Shown piece after piece: positions 46,735 to 55,449 of a stretch of DNA of 64,000 nucleotides. The position numbers and the translations under genes were made by a program. The DNA is from an uncultured Verrucomicrobiae bacterium (GTDB lineage: Bacteria; Verrucomicrobiota; Verrucomicrobiia; Limisphaerales; UBA11358), in assembly GCA_963711945.1 (NCBI GenBank), contig CAVQGB010000006.1, positions 12,128 to 76,127 of the forward strand, in the 5' to 3' direction. Position 1 is the stretch's first letter; each line of letters begins with the position of its first letter. The notes beneath the pieces are model-generated. The model searched no databases and was not told the origin of the DNA. It saw nothing but the letters and a program-made list of their open reading frames with translations.

Positions 46735-47663
46735 AAGTCCAGGTCAAGAATCTGCGAAAAGAGTTTGGCAAGACGGTTGCCGTGGACAACGTCTCGTTCT
46801 CGTTCGGCTCCGGCCACGTTTTTGGTTTTGTCGGCCCGAACGGCGCGGGCAAAACCACGACCATGCGCATCATTTCCACCATCGAGGAGCCGACCGCCGG
46901 TGACGTGGCCATCAACGGCGTTTCCGTCTGCGAAGAGCCGGAACTCGCGCGCCGCGCCGTGGGATACGTGCCGGACACCCTGCCCGCGCACGCGGACATC
47001 ACCGTTCACGAGTATCTGGATTTCTACGCGCGCGCCTACGGACTCAAGGGCAAAAAACGGACGCAGGCGGTCGGGGCCATTGAGGAATTCACCAATGTCT
47101 CCGGCATCCGTGAAAAACACCTCAAGGCGCTTTCAAAGGGGATGAAGCAGCGCGTCAGCCTCGGCCGCGCGCTCGTGCACGATCCCGACGTGCTTGTGCT
47201 CGACGAGCCGGCCGCCGGCCTCGACCCTCGCGCGCGGGTGGAACTGCGCGAATTGCTCGTGCTGCTGGCCGAGCGGAAAAAGGCGATCCTCATCAGTTCG
47301 CACATCCTCACCGAACTGACGGAAATCTGCAACGGCGTGGTCATCATTGAGCGGGGAAAAATTCTGGAAACCGGCACGATTGACGAGGTGTTGAAAAAAA
47401 GCGCGCCGCGCCGCACCGTCAGCGTGCGCCTGCTCGACGGTCAGGGCGTGCAACTGATCAAGGAGCTTCTTCAAATGCCGTTCGTCGAGAACGCGCGGGA
47501 TGTTGCCAACGAAATCCATTTTGAGATGACCGGCGACGAATCCGCCGCGTGCGACATCCTTGGACGGTTGGTCGCCGGGGGATACAAGGTGACTGAATTC
47601 CGCCAGACAAAGGCAAACCTGGAGGACATCTTCATGAATATCACGAAAGGAGGCGTGCAATGA
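46731..47663 (+). CDS. ABC transporter ATP-binding protein
   Basis: GPNGAGKTT, LSKGMKQR, LVLDEP, ISSHIL. Confidence 0.96.
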   Translation: MKVQVKNLRKEFGKTVAVDNVSFSFGSGHVFGFVGPNGAGKTTTMRIISTIEEPTAGDVAINGVSVCEEPELARRAVGYVPDTLPAHADITVHEYLDFYARAYGLKGKKRTQAVGAIEEFTNVSGIREKHLKALSKGMKQRVSLGRALVHDPDVLVLDEPAAGLDPRARVELRELLVLLAERKKAILISSHILTELTEICNGVVIIERGKILETGTIDEVLKKSAPRRTVSVRLLDGQGVQLIKELLQMPFVENARDVANEIHFEMTGDESAACDILGRLVAGGYKVTEFRQTKANLEDIFMNITKGGVQ

Positions 47664-47800
47664 ACCCATCCGGCGAAACATTCAACATTCAACAATCAAC
47701 GCCGAACATCGAAGGAAACGGCTGCGCCGCGGCTTTTCCGGTTGAATGTAGGGCGTTGATTGTTGAATGTTCGATGTTTCCCCGAATTCCTCCGCCATGA
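47660..47800 (+). repeat. Heptamer-repeat hairpin (47677-47779) inside a 46-aa mini-ORF coupled by ATGA overlaps at both ends
   Basis: AAGGAGG SD, then ATG 47660 (overlaps stop 47661-47663), MNPSGETFNIQQSTPNIEG...PRIPPP, TGA 47798-47800 (overlaps ATG 47797). Confidence 0.8.
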
Positions 47801-49317
47801 ACGCAAGACTTTCCAGCCTCAAATCCCACTTCGCCAACTGGCGCCATTGGGAGTTGAATCCCATCGTCATCAAGGAACTGCGGCAGGCCGTCCGCAGTTG
47901 GGCGGTCACGGGCATGTTGCTGCTTTTCCTGACCGTGCTGTTCATCGCGTCAGTGTCTTTCCTCGTTTCGCAAAGTATTAATGTGAACGCGAATTTGGGA
48001 TTGGGCAGCTCGATGTTTTCGACGTTCGCGACCATTCTGGGCGGCGCGAGCATCTTCTTCATTCCGCTTTATGTCGGAGTCCGCCTGGCGGTGGAACGGC
48101 AGGAAAACAACCCCGATCTGCTCTACGTCACCACGCTGTCTCCCGCCCGCATCATCCGCGGGAAATTCTACTGCGGCGCCTACATGACCCTGCTGTTCTT
48201 CAGCGCGGTCATGCCGTTCATGGCGTTTGCCAACCTGTTGCGCGGGGTGGATTTACCGACGGAATTCTTCATTTTATGTTTCCTGTTCCTCGTGGTGTGT
48301 GCGACGAACATGATTTCCATTTTTCTGGCGTGCATCCCGGCAAGTCGGCCCTTCAAAATTCTCCTGGCTCTCGGCGGGTGTTTCGTCTCGTTTTGGATCA
48401 TCGGCGCGCTGGTGGAGCTTTCGTATGAAATGCTGCGGTCCGGCGTCGGCACAATGATGGCAGGGCGTGATTTTTGGATCGGCACTGTCACCGTCCTCGG
48501 CATCGGCGCGGCGGTCCTTGGCTTGTTTTACATCCTGTCGGTGGCGCTCATTTCGCCGGCGTCGGCCAACCGCGCGCTGCCGGTCCGCATCTACATCACC
48601 CTCATATGGCTGCTGGGATTGATCTTGTGCGTCGGCTGGGTGGTGCAGACGGGAGAGGGCGCCTTGATGTTTGCGTGGCTGTATCCAACCTTCGCCCTGA
48701 TGATGTTGGCGTTGCTGGTGACCGTCAGTAATTCCGACCAGATCAGCCTGCGTGTTCGATGGCGCATCCCTATTTCCGGGTTCCGGCGCATTTTTGCGTT
48801 TGTCTTTTTCAACGGGGCGGCGGGCGGTCTCATCTGGATTGGAATCATCCTGGTCCTGACAGGCTTCGCAACCCGGACAGTCATGGACCGGTTCCCGTCA
48901 ACCGCGTCCGTGGCGTCCTTCGAGGTCGGACCATGGTTCATCACCATATCCGCGTATGCCTTTGCTTATGCGCTGTCCGCGCTGTTCATCCACCGGCAAT
49001 TTCTGCCAAAGCGCCCGCCGAAACTTGCGGGCCTGATTGCGATTCTCATCCCCAGCATGATGGCTCTGGTGCCCAGCGCCGTGATGTTTTTTCTAAACCG
49101 TCTCTCATGGAATTCCCTTGAAGGCCTGCAGCTCGGCAACGTCTTCAACCTGCTGGCCCTTCGCGAGGATTATCAGCGCGATTTCCACATGTATTTCGCC
49201 GGCGCCTGGCTGATGGTCATGGTGGGGCTCAATGCCAGATGGTTTTTAAGACAGGTGAACAATTTTCATCCTCCCATCCGCGTCGTGCCCGGCAATTCAC
49301 CGCCCATTTTGAAATAA
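47797..49317 (+). CDS. ABC transporter permease
   Basis: NPIVIKELRQAVRS, ERQENNPDLLYVTTLSPARIIRGK, many TM segments. Confidence 0.88.
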   Translation: MNARLSSLKSHFANWRHWELNPIVIKELRQAVRSWAVTGMLLLFLTVLFIASVSFLVSQSINVNANLGLGSSMFSTFATILGGASIFFIPLYVGVRLAVERQENNPDLLYVTTLSPARIIRGKFYCGAYMTLLFFSAVMPFMAFANLLRGVDLPTEFFILCFLFLVVCATNMISIFLACIPASRPFKILLALGGCFVSFWIIGALVELSYEMLRSGVGTMMAGRDFWIGTVTVLGIGAAVLGLFYILSVALISPASANRALPVRIYITLIWLLGLILCVGWVVQTGEGALMFAWLYPTFALMMLALLVTVSNSDQISLRVRWRIPISGFRRIFAFVFFNGAAGGLIWIGIILVLTGFATRTVMDRFPSTASVASFEVGPWFITISAYAFAYALSALFIHRQFLPKRPPKLAGLIAILIPSMMALVPSAVMFFLNRLSWNSLEGLQLGNVFNLLALREDYQRDFHMYFAGAWLMVMVGLNARWFLRQVNNFHPPIRVVPGNSPPILK

Positions 49318-49326
49318 GTTTATCCC

Positions 49327-50194
49327 ATGGATTCCGTCCTCCGACAGGCCCTGCGCGACGGCGAACAGCTCGGCGCCCGCTACGCGCTCCAGATCCCGCA
49401 AGTCGCCGCCAGCGGCTGGACCGGCTCGCGTTCGGGACGGCGCGCCGGCAGCTCGATTGATTTTCAGGACTACCGCGAATACCAGCCCGGCGACGACCTG
49501 CGCTTCATTGACTGGGGCATTTACGCGCGCACCGACCGGCTCACGGTGAAATTGTTCCGCGAAGAAGTCACGCCGCACCTGGATTTGATCCTCGACGGCT
49601 CGCGCTCGATGAATCTGGAAAACACGGCGAAGTCAAATGCCGTTGCCCGCCTTGCCGCGCTGCTCGCCACTTCCGCCGCCAACGCCCAATGCACCCAGGC
49701 CGTCTGGCTTTCCGGCGAAGGCTTCCAGCGGCTCCCGAACGACGCGCTTCCGCCGTCCGCGTGGGACAAACTTGAACTGGACAGCCGGCGGACACCGGAA
49801 CAATCTCTTGCAATCCTTCCGCCCAAATTCCGCCGGCTCGGCGTGCGGGTGCTCGTCAGCGATTTGCTCTGGCCCGGAGAGCCGCTCGCACTGTTGCGCC
49901 GCCTGCGGGACGGCGCGGCGGCTTTGTTTGTCATTCAATTGCTGGGCGCGTGAGGATGCAAGCCCGCCGGAGCACGGCAACCTGCGAGTCGTGGACAGTG
50001 AAACCGGCGACGAGAGCGAAATCTACATTGATTCGAGCGTGGCCCGGCAATACGCCGAAAATCTCGCGCAATTGCAGCAGGCGTGGAACGACGCCTGCCG
50101 CCAGTGCGGAGCACAGATGACCACGATTGTCGCCGAAGACTTGGAAAAATCGCTGGATGAATTGCAGGCAATTCAACTGCTGACACCCATTTGA
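49327..50194 (+). CDS. DUF58 domain protein (frameshift near 49945)
   Basis: GSSIDFQDYREYQPGDDLRFIDW, ILDGSRSM, LVSDLL; LRVVDSETG in the second frame. Confidence 0.9.
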
Positions 50195-50198
50195 AGCA

Positions 50199-50465
50199 AT
50201 GAAGAAACATTCAACATTCAACATTCAACGCCGGAAATCCAATGAGCCGCGGGTGGCACAGGCCTCCGGCCTGTGGTTTCGGGCGTCGCGCCCGAAACCG
50301 TTGGCGGGCGAACGACTGTTCCACCCTTGTCCGTCCGCCAGGTGTTTAGCTCTCGCGACAAAATTCGGCGTGACGCCGAATTTAACGGGCGCGACGCCCG
50401 TTCCACCCGCCGCATTGGATGTTGAATGTTCGCTGTTGAATGTTGAATGTTTTCCGTCTGAATGA
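50199..50465 (+). repeat. Heptamer hairpin (50205-50452) with a nested GGTGG REP-like element (50249-50410) inside an 88-aa coupled mini-ORF
   Basis: AACATTCAACATTCAACATTCAAC...GTTGAATGTTCGCTGTTGAATGTTGAATGTT; inner GCGGGTGGCACAGGCCTCCGGCCTGTG...CGGGCGCGACGCCCGTTCCACCCGC. The ORF starts 4 nt after the DUF58 stop and ends in an ATGA overlap with ATG 50462. Confidence 0.82.
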
Positions 50466-52213
50466 TTCCGTTCCTCACTTATCCGCTCGCCCTGATCGCG
50501 CTCGCCACCGTGCCGGCGCTCGCAGCGATTTATATTTTGCGGAATCGCTTTCGCCGCCGCACCGTTTCCAGTCTGGTTTTGTGGCGCTTTCATGTCCAAT
50601 CCAAATCCGGAGGCGCGAAAATCCACCGGCTGCAACTGCCGCTGCTGTTCTTTCTGGAACTTCTCGCGCTCCTATTGCTCGCCGCCGCCGCCGCCGGACC
50701 GCGCTGGAAACTGCCGCAATCCACGCGCCCGCTCATCGTCGTTCTCGATGATTCCTTTTCCATGCGCGCCGTGAGCGGCGGCAGTTCCGCGCGGGACCGC
50801 GCCCGGGCTTTTCTCGAAAAACTGTTCAGCGCCCAGCCGCCGCCCTCCACAAAGCTCATCCTGGCGGGAACGGAAGTCCATTCGCTCGGGTCGGCGGTCA
50901 AAAGCGGATCGCAGGTGGACGAACTGCTGCGCCAGTGGAACTGCTGGTCGCCGGATGCGGCGCTGGATCCCGCCATCACCCTCGCCGCCGAACTGGGCCG
51001 GCAACAGGCGAATATTCTGGTTCTGACCGACCACAAGCCCGCGCTGGAAAAAATTTCCAACAACCGCCTGGAATGGCACGCCTTCGGCGAGCCGTCGGAC
51101 AATTTCGCCATCGTCAACGCGTCGCGAACGGCGTTTGGCGATCAGGACCGCTGCCTGCTGGAAGTCGCCAACTTTTCCAGCGAGGCGCGCGCGACAAAAC
51201 TCCTGGTTCAGGCCGGCTCAAACACGGTGCAGAGTTCGCCGGTCTCGCCCGGCGCGCGCGGGAGCGAGCGGTTCGTTTTCAACATTCCGGCGTCCGCGCC
51301 GGAATTGCGTGTTACGCTCGCCGCCGACGCGCTGGACGTGGACAACGGAGCGCAATTGCTGCCGCCCTTGCGCAAACGCGTCCGGGTGCAGGTCGCCCTG
51401 GCCGATGAAAATTTGAGCGCGCTCGCCAATCGCACGCTGGACGCGACCGGATTGCGCGCCGCCATCTCGCAGGATCCCGAACTCGTCATCCACGAAACAG
51501 ACGCGCCCGCCGGCAGCAATTCATGGACCCTGCGCTGGACGGCATCCGGCGGGACCAACGCGTTCACCGGTCCTTTTGTAGTGGACACTTCGCATCCGCT
51601 CGCAAGGGGCGTTGCGCTCGAAGGGGTCGTCTGGGCTGGCGCGGCGGCCACCAATTCGCCCGGTGACGTGCCGGTGGTTCTCGCCGGAAACACGCCGCTG
51701 CTGTCCGCGCGCGAAGACGTGTTTGGCCGCCGTCACCTCACGTTGAATTTCAACCCCGAACTGTCCACGCTGCAAAACACGCCGGACTGGCCGGTTTTAT
51801 TTTGGAATCTTCTCCAATGGCGCGCCGCCGAAACGCCCGGCCTCAAGGAAAGCAACGCGCGCCTCGGCGAGGAGGTGATTCTCAAAACCGCGGGCGAATC
51901 CGTGAATGTCCGGCAGCCGGATGGAACTCTGAAAATTTTCCCCAAAACCGGCGGCGAACTCGCCATTGAAACGCCGGTCCCGGGCATTTACTCCGTCGCG
52001 CTGGGATCGTCCACAAACTCTTTTGCGGTGAATCCGCTCGCCGCCGATGAATCCGATTTGTCGGCGTGCGCCAGCGGGCACTGGGGCGCGTGGGGCGAAG
52101 CCGCCGAGGTCCGGCTGGAGGAAGCTTCCACCGTCTGGATTTTCGGGCTGCTGGCGCTGGCGTTGCTGGCGGCGCATTTGTATCTGGTGGCAGCGGCGAA
52201 AGGATCGAAATAA
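50462..52213 (+). CDS. BatA and vWA domain protein
   Basis: FLTYPLALIAL...IYILRNRFRRRTVSSLVLW (BatA), IVVLDDSFSM (MIDAS), LVLTD, C-terminal TM. Confidence 0.9.
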   Translation: MIPFLTYPLALIALATVPALAAIYILRNRFRRRTVSSLVLWRFHVQSKSGGAKIHRLQLPLLFFLELLALLLLAAAAAGPRWKLPQSTRPLIVVLDDSFSMRAVSGGSSARDRARAFLEKLFSAQPPPSTKLILAGTEVHSLGSAVKSGSQVDELLRQWNCWSPDAALDPAITLAAELGRQQANILVLTDHKPALEKISNNRLEWHAFGEPSDNFAIVNASRTAFGDQDRCLLEVANFSSEARATKLLVQAGSNTVQSSPVSPGARGSERFVFNIPASAPELRVTLAADALDVDNGAQLLPPLRKRVRVQVALADENLSALANRTLDATGLRAAISQDPELVIHETDAPAGSNSWTLRWTASGGTNAFTGPFVVDTSHPLARGVALEGVVWAGAAATNSPGDVPVVLAGNTPLLSAREDVFGRRHLTLNFNPELSTLQNTPDWPVLFWNLLQWRAAETPGLKESNARLGEEVILKTAGESVNVRQPDGTLKIFPKTGGELAIETPVPGIYSVALGSSTNSFAVNPLAADESDLSACASGHWGAWGEAAEVRLEEASTVWIFGLLALALLAAHLYLVAAAKGSK

Positions 52214-52215
52214 AA

Positions 52216-52320
52216 ATGAAGAAACATTCAACTTTCACCATTCAACGCTCAACACCCAATGCTTGCACGACAGAAGCGTCTTCCCTTCGATGTTCGATAT
52301 TTCCCAATCCGCAATGCTGA
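52216..52320 (+). repeat. Degenerate heptamer hairpin inside a 34-aa coupled mini-ORF
   Basis: ATG 52216 (2 nt after stop 52213), MKKHSTFTIQRSTPNACTTEASSLRCSIFPNPQC, TGA ending 52320 overlapping ATG 52314. Confidence 0.7.
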
Positions 52321-55157
52321 CCCTCTTCCAACCCGTCTGGCTCCTGCTGCTGGTCCCGATGGCGGCGGCCTGGTTTGCGTGGCCGCTGCCGAATCGCGGC
52401 CTGCAAATGTTGCGGGCGTTTGTGTTGGTCTTCGTCGTTCTGGCGCTGGCGCAGCTTGCCGTCAAATTGCCGGACCGCTCCGGCACCGTCATCGTCGTCG
52501 CCGACCGCAGCGAATCCATGCCCCCAAAATCCGATGCCTCCGAGAAGGAAATCATCGGCCTGCTGCACAAGGCGATGGGGCCGCGCGACCAGCTTGGCGT
52601 GGTTTCGTTTGGACGCGAAGCCGTCGTTGAACAATCTCCCGGGCGCGGCGAATTCGCCGGGTTCACCGGACAGGTCGGCGCGGATCATTCGAGCTTGAAC
52701 GACGCCGTTGAATCCGCGTTGGCGCTGATTCCGCCGGATGGCGGCGGACGCATTCTGGTCCTGTCCGATGGCAAATGGACGGGCAAAGACCCCGCCGCCG
52801 CCGCCGCGCGCGCCGCCGGTCGCGGGGTGGCGGTGGATTACCGGTTGATCACGCGCCCGCAGGTCAACGACGTGGCCATTCAAAGTTTTCTCACCCCGCA
52901 GTCGGTGTTGCCCGGTCAGGCGTTTGTGTTGAGCGCGTGGGTTCAGTCGCCGGCGGACCAGGAAATTCAATACCAGCTCCGGCGCGGCGATGATATCATT
53001 TCATCCGGCAGCAAGCCGGTTTCCGCCGGACTGTCGCGGCTGATGTTCCGCGACCGCGCAACGTCGGCGGGCGTCAATGAATACACCGTCACGATTCAGG
53101 GGCCGAAGGATGATCCGATACCTGAAAACAATTCCGCGCGGGCGCTGGTCGGTGTGGAAGGCTCGCGACCGGTGCTGGTGGTTTCGGCGGCGGGCGAAAA
53201 TTCGGGCCTCGTGAAGCTGCTGCGGGCGGGCCACGTCGAGGTCTCGGGCCGGACAGCCGTGCAATGCCGGTGGTCGCTCGAAGAACTTTCCCAATTCTCC
53301 GCCGTGCTGATCGAAAACGTCCCCGCGGGCGACATCGGCATGAGCGGCATGGAAACGATTGCGTCCTGGGTCGAGGAAACGGGCAGCGGACTGGCGATGA
53401 CCGGCGGGCAGAAGTCCTACGGACCGGGCGGCTACTTCAAGTCGCCGCTGGAGCGCGTCATGCCGGTCTCGATGGAAATGCGCCGCGAACACCGCAAGTT
53501 GAGCGTCGCGGTCGTCGTCGCGCTGGACCGTTCGGGCAGCATGGCGATGCCGGCGGGCGGCGGGCAGAAAAAAATTGACCTCGCCGACCTGGGCACGGTG
53601 CAGGTGCTGGATTTGCTGTCGCCGATGGACGAAATCGGCGTGTTCGCCGTGGATACGACGCCGCATGAAATCGTGCCGCTGGACACGGTCGAACACAACC
53701 AGGCCTATCGCGGAAAAATTCTGGCGATTGATTCGATGGGCGGCGGCATTTACATCTATGAAGCGCTCGTGGCTTCGGCGCGGATGATTTCCACCGCAAA
53801 GGCGCAGACGAAACACATCATCCTGTTCGCCGACGCCTCGGATTCCGAGCAGTCCATGCACTACGAGGACATCGTGGACAAGCTTCGCCGGGCCGATGTC
53901 ACCGTCAGCGTCGTTGGCCTCGGCACGGACCACGACGTGGACGCGAATTTGCTCAAGGACATCGCGCGGCGCGGCGGCGGCGATTGTTATTTCAGCGACA
54001 ACCCGGATGAAATTCCGCGCATCTTCGCGCAGGACACCTTCACCATCGCTCGCAGCACGTTCGTGGATCAACCGACGCCGTTCTCGGTTACGGCGGGATA
54101 TTCATTGCTCGGCGCGCCGCCGGCCTCCGCGCCGCCGCCGTTGGGCGGCTACAATTTGTGCTACCTCCGCCCGCGGGCGAATCTCGCCGCCGTGACGGGC
54201 GATGAATACCAGGCGCCGGTAGTGGCATCGTGGAACGCGGGCAATGGCCGCGTGCTCTGTTTCCTGGGCGAGGCGGATGGAAAATTCAGCGGCGACTTTG
54301 CGAGGTGGAACCAGGCCGGGGAATTTTACTCCACCGTCGCGCGCTGGGTTGCCGGCAAACGCCAGCCGCTGCCGGACGACATGCTGTTGACGCAGGAAAT
54401 TCGCGACGGCACCTGCTTTGTGCAACTTCACCTGGATCCGGCGCGCAAGGCCGAACCGTTCTCCGCGTTGCCGCGGGTGCGGATTTTGCACGGTTTGCCC
54501 GGCGCCACGCCGGGGAAGGAATCGGACACGCTGCAATGGAAGAACGCCGACCTGTTGGAATCGGCCATTCCGGTTGCCGGCCGCGAAACAGTTTTGAACA
54601 CGGTGGAAATTTCCGGCCAGCAGCCGGTCACCCTGCCGCCGGTGTGTCTGCCCTATTCGCCGGAGTTTGCCCCCGACCAGCCCAATCGCGGCGAATCGGC
54701 GCTCGCCCGCATTGCCGTCACGACCGGCGGCAGGGAGCGCGCCGAGATTCCAAAAGTCTGGAGCGAACTGCCGCTCGTTTCGCGCTACGTTGAACTCGCG
54801 CCGTGGCTGCTCGTGACGGCGGCGATTCTGTTCCTGCTGGAAATTTTTGAGCGGCGCACGGGCTGGGTCTCCCGATTTTTCCTGCGCAAAACCATGGTTG
54901 CGGATGCTGAAACAAACGAGCCGGGTCCGTCGAGCATTGCATCCGCAAAACTGCGTCGCTTTATATTGTTTCCAAAAATCTTCCGCCGTGGGAATTCCCG
55001 TTCACCGGCCAAAACGCCAACCGGCGCGCCGGCATCGCAGCCGGCAATTGAATCAAAGCCCTTGCCGGTCGGGACAAAAGAAATGGAATCCACCACGCTC
55101 GATGCCTTGCGCAAGGCGCGCAACCGCGCCTCCCGCCGTTCGGACAAGGAAATGTAA
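52314..55157 (+). CDS. Double vWA / glutamine-amidotransferase-like membrane protein
   Basis: VVADRSESM, LVLSDG, GLAMTGGQKSYGPGGY...LERVMPV, VALDRSGSM, IILFAD, WNAGNGRV, C-terminal TM. Confidence 0.9.
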   Translation: MLTLFQPVWLLLLVPMAAAWFAWPLPNRGLQMLRAFVLVFVVLALAQLAVKLPDRSGTVIVVADRSESMPPKSDASEKEIIGLLHKAMGPRDQLGVVSFGREAVVEQSPGRGEFAGFTGQVGADHSSLNDAVESALALIPPDGGGRILVLSDGKWTGKDPAAAAARAAGRGVAVDYRLITRPQVNDVAIQSFLTPQSVLPGQAFVLSAWVQSPADQEIQYQLRRGDDIISSGSKPVSAGLSRLMFRDRATSAGVNEYTVTIQGPKDDPIPENNSARALVGVEGSRPVLVVSAAGENSGLVKLLRAGHVEVSGRTAVQCRWSLEELSQFSAVLIENVPAGDIGMSGMETIASWVEETGSGLAMTGGQKSYGPGGYFKSPLERVMPVSMEMRREHRKLSVAVVVALDRSGSMAMPAGGGQKKIDLADLGTVQVLDLLSPMDEIGVFAVDTTPHEIVPLDTVEHNQAYRGKILAIDSMGGGIYIYEALVASARMISTAKAQTKHIILFADASDSEQSMHYEDIVDKLRRADVTVSVVGLGTDHDVDANLLKDIARRGGGDCYFSDNPDEIPRIFAQDTFTIARSTFVDQPTPFSVTAGYSLLGAPPASAPPPLGGYNLCYLRPRANLAAVTGDEYQAPVVASWNAGNGRVLCFLGEADGKFSGDFARWNQAGEFYSTVARWVAGKRQPLPDDMLLTQEIRDGTCFVQLHLDPARKAEPFSALPRVRILHGLPGATPGKESDTLQWKNADLLESAIPVAGRETVLNTVEISGQQPVTLPPVCLPYSPEFAPDQPNRGESALARIAVTTGGRERAEIPKVWSELPLVSRYVELAPWLLVTAAILFLLEIFERRTGWVSRFFLRKTMVADAETNEPGPSSIASAKLRRFILFPKIFRRGNSRSPAKTPTGAPASQPAIESKPLPVGTKEMESTTLDALRKARNRASRRSDKEM

Positions 55158-55183
55158 CGAAAGCGGCGAATCGCGTTCAGGGA

Positions 55184-55220
55184 AAAGAAAAGCCCGGCTT
55201 GCGGCTGCGGTGCTGGACTT
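55184..55220 (-). terminator. Probable intrinsic terminator after tRNA-Leu
   Basis: Minus strand AAGTCCAGC...GCCGGGCTT stem followed by TTCTTTT. Confidence 0.55.
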
Positions 55221-55223
55221 GTC

Positions 55224-55310
55224 TGGTGCCGGCGGAGGGGGTCGAACCCACACATCCTTACGGATACCAGATTTTGAGTCTGGCGCGTCTGCCAATTCCG
55301 CCACACCGGC
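55224..55310 (-). tRNA. tRNA-Leu (CAA)
   Basis: Reverse complement GCCGGTGTGGCGGAATTGGCAGACGCGCCAGACTCAAAATCTGGTATCCGTAAGGATGTGTGGGTTCGACCCCCTCCGCCGGCACCA: long variable arm, encoded CCA. Confidence 0.97.
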
Positions 55311-55420
55311 AACCAATTCAGGCCGGACAATACAAGAAAGCCTCGCGCCGGCGCAAGTTCTCAATTCGAGTCCCGGTCTTCCAGTTCTGAATCGCCGCGC
55401 GGCGGAAATGCTACATGAAA

Positions 55421-55449
55421 TTGACAAATCAATGTGTTAAGGATAGTTT
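55421..55449 (+). promoter_or_regulatory. Sigma70-type promoter
   Basis: TTGACA-17 nt-TAGTTT just upstream of the large secreted-protein gene. Confidence 0.55.

Noticed and set aside
23470-52320. Heptamer arrays as a CRISPR array
   Set aside because: Units are 7 bp, tandem and inverted, with no unique spacers of constant length and no cas genes in the window.
55160-55310. tRNA-Leu as a second island integration site
   Set aside because: No adjacent integrase, and I saw no duplicated tRNA 3' end in the window; a terminator-like hairpin follows directly.
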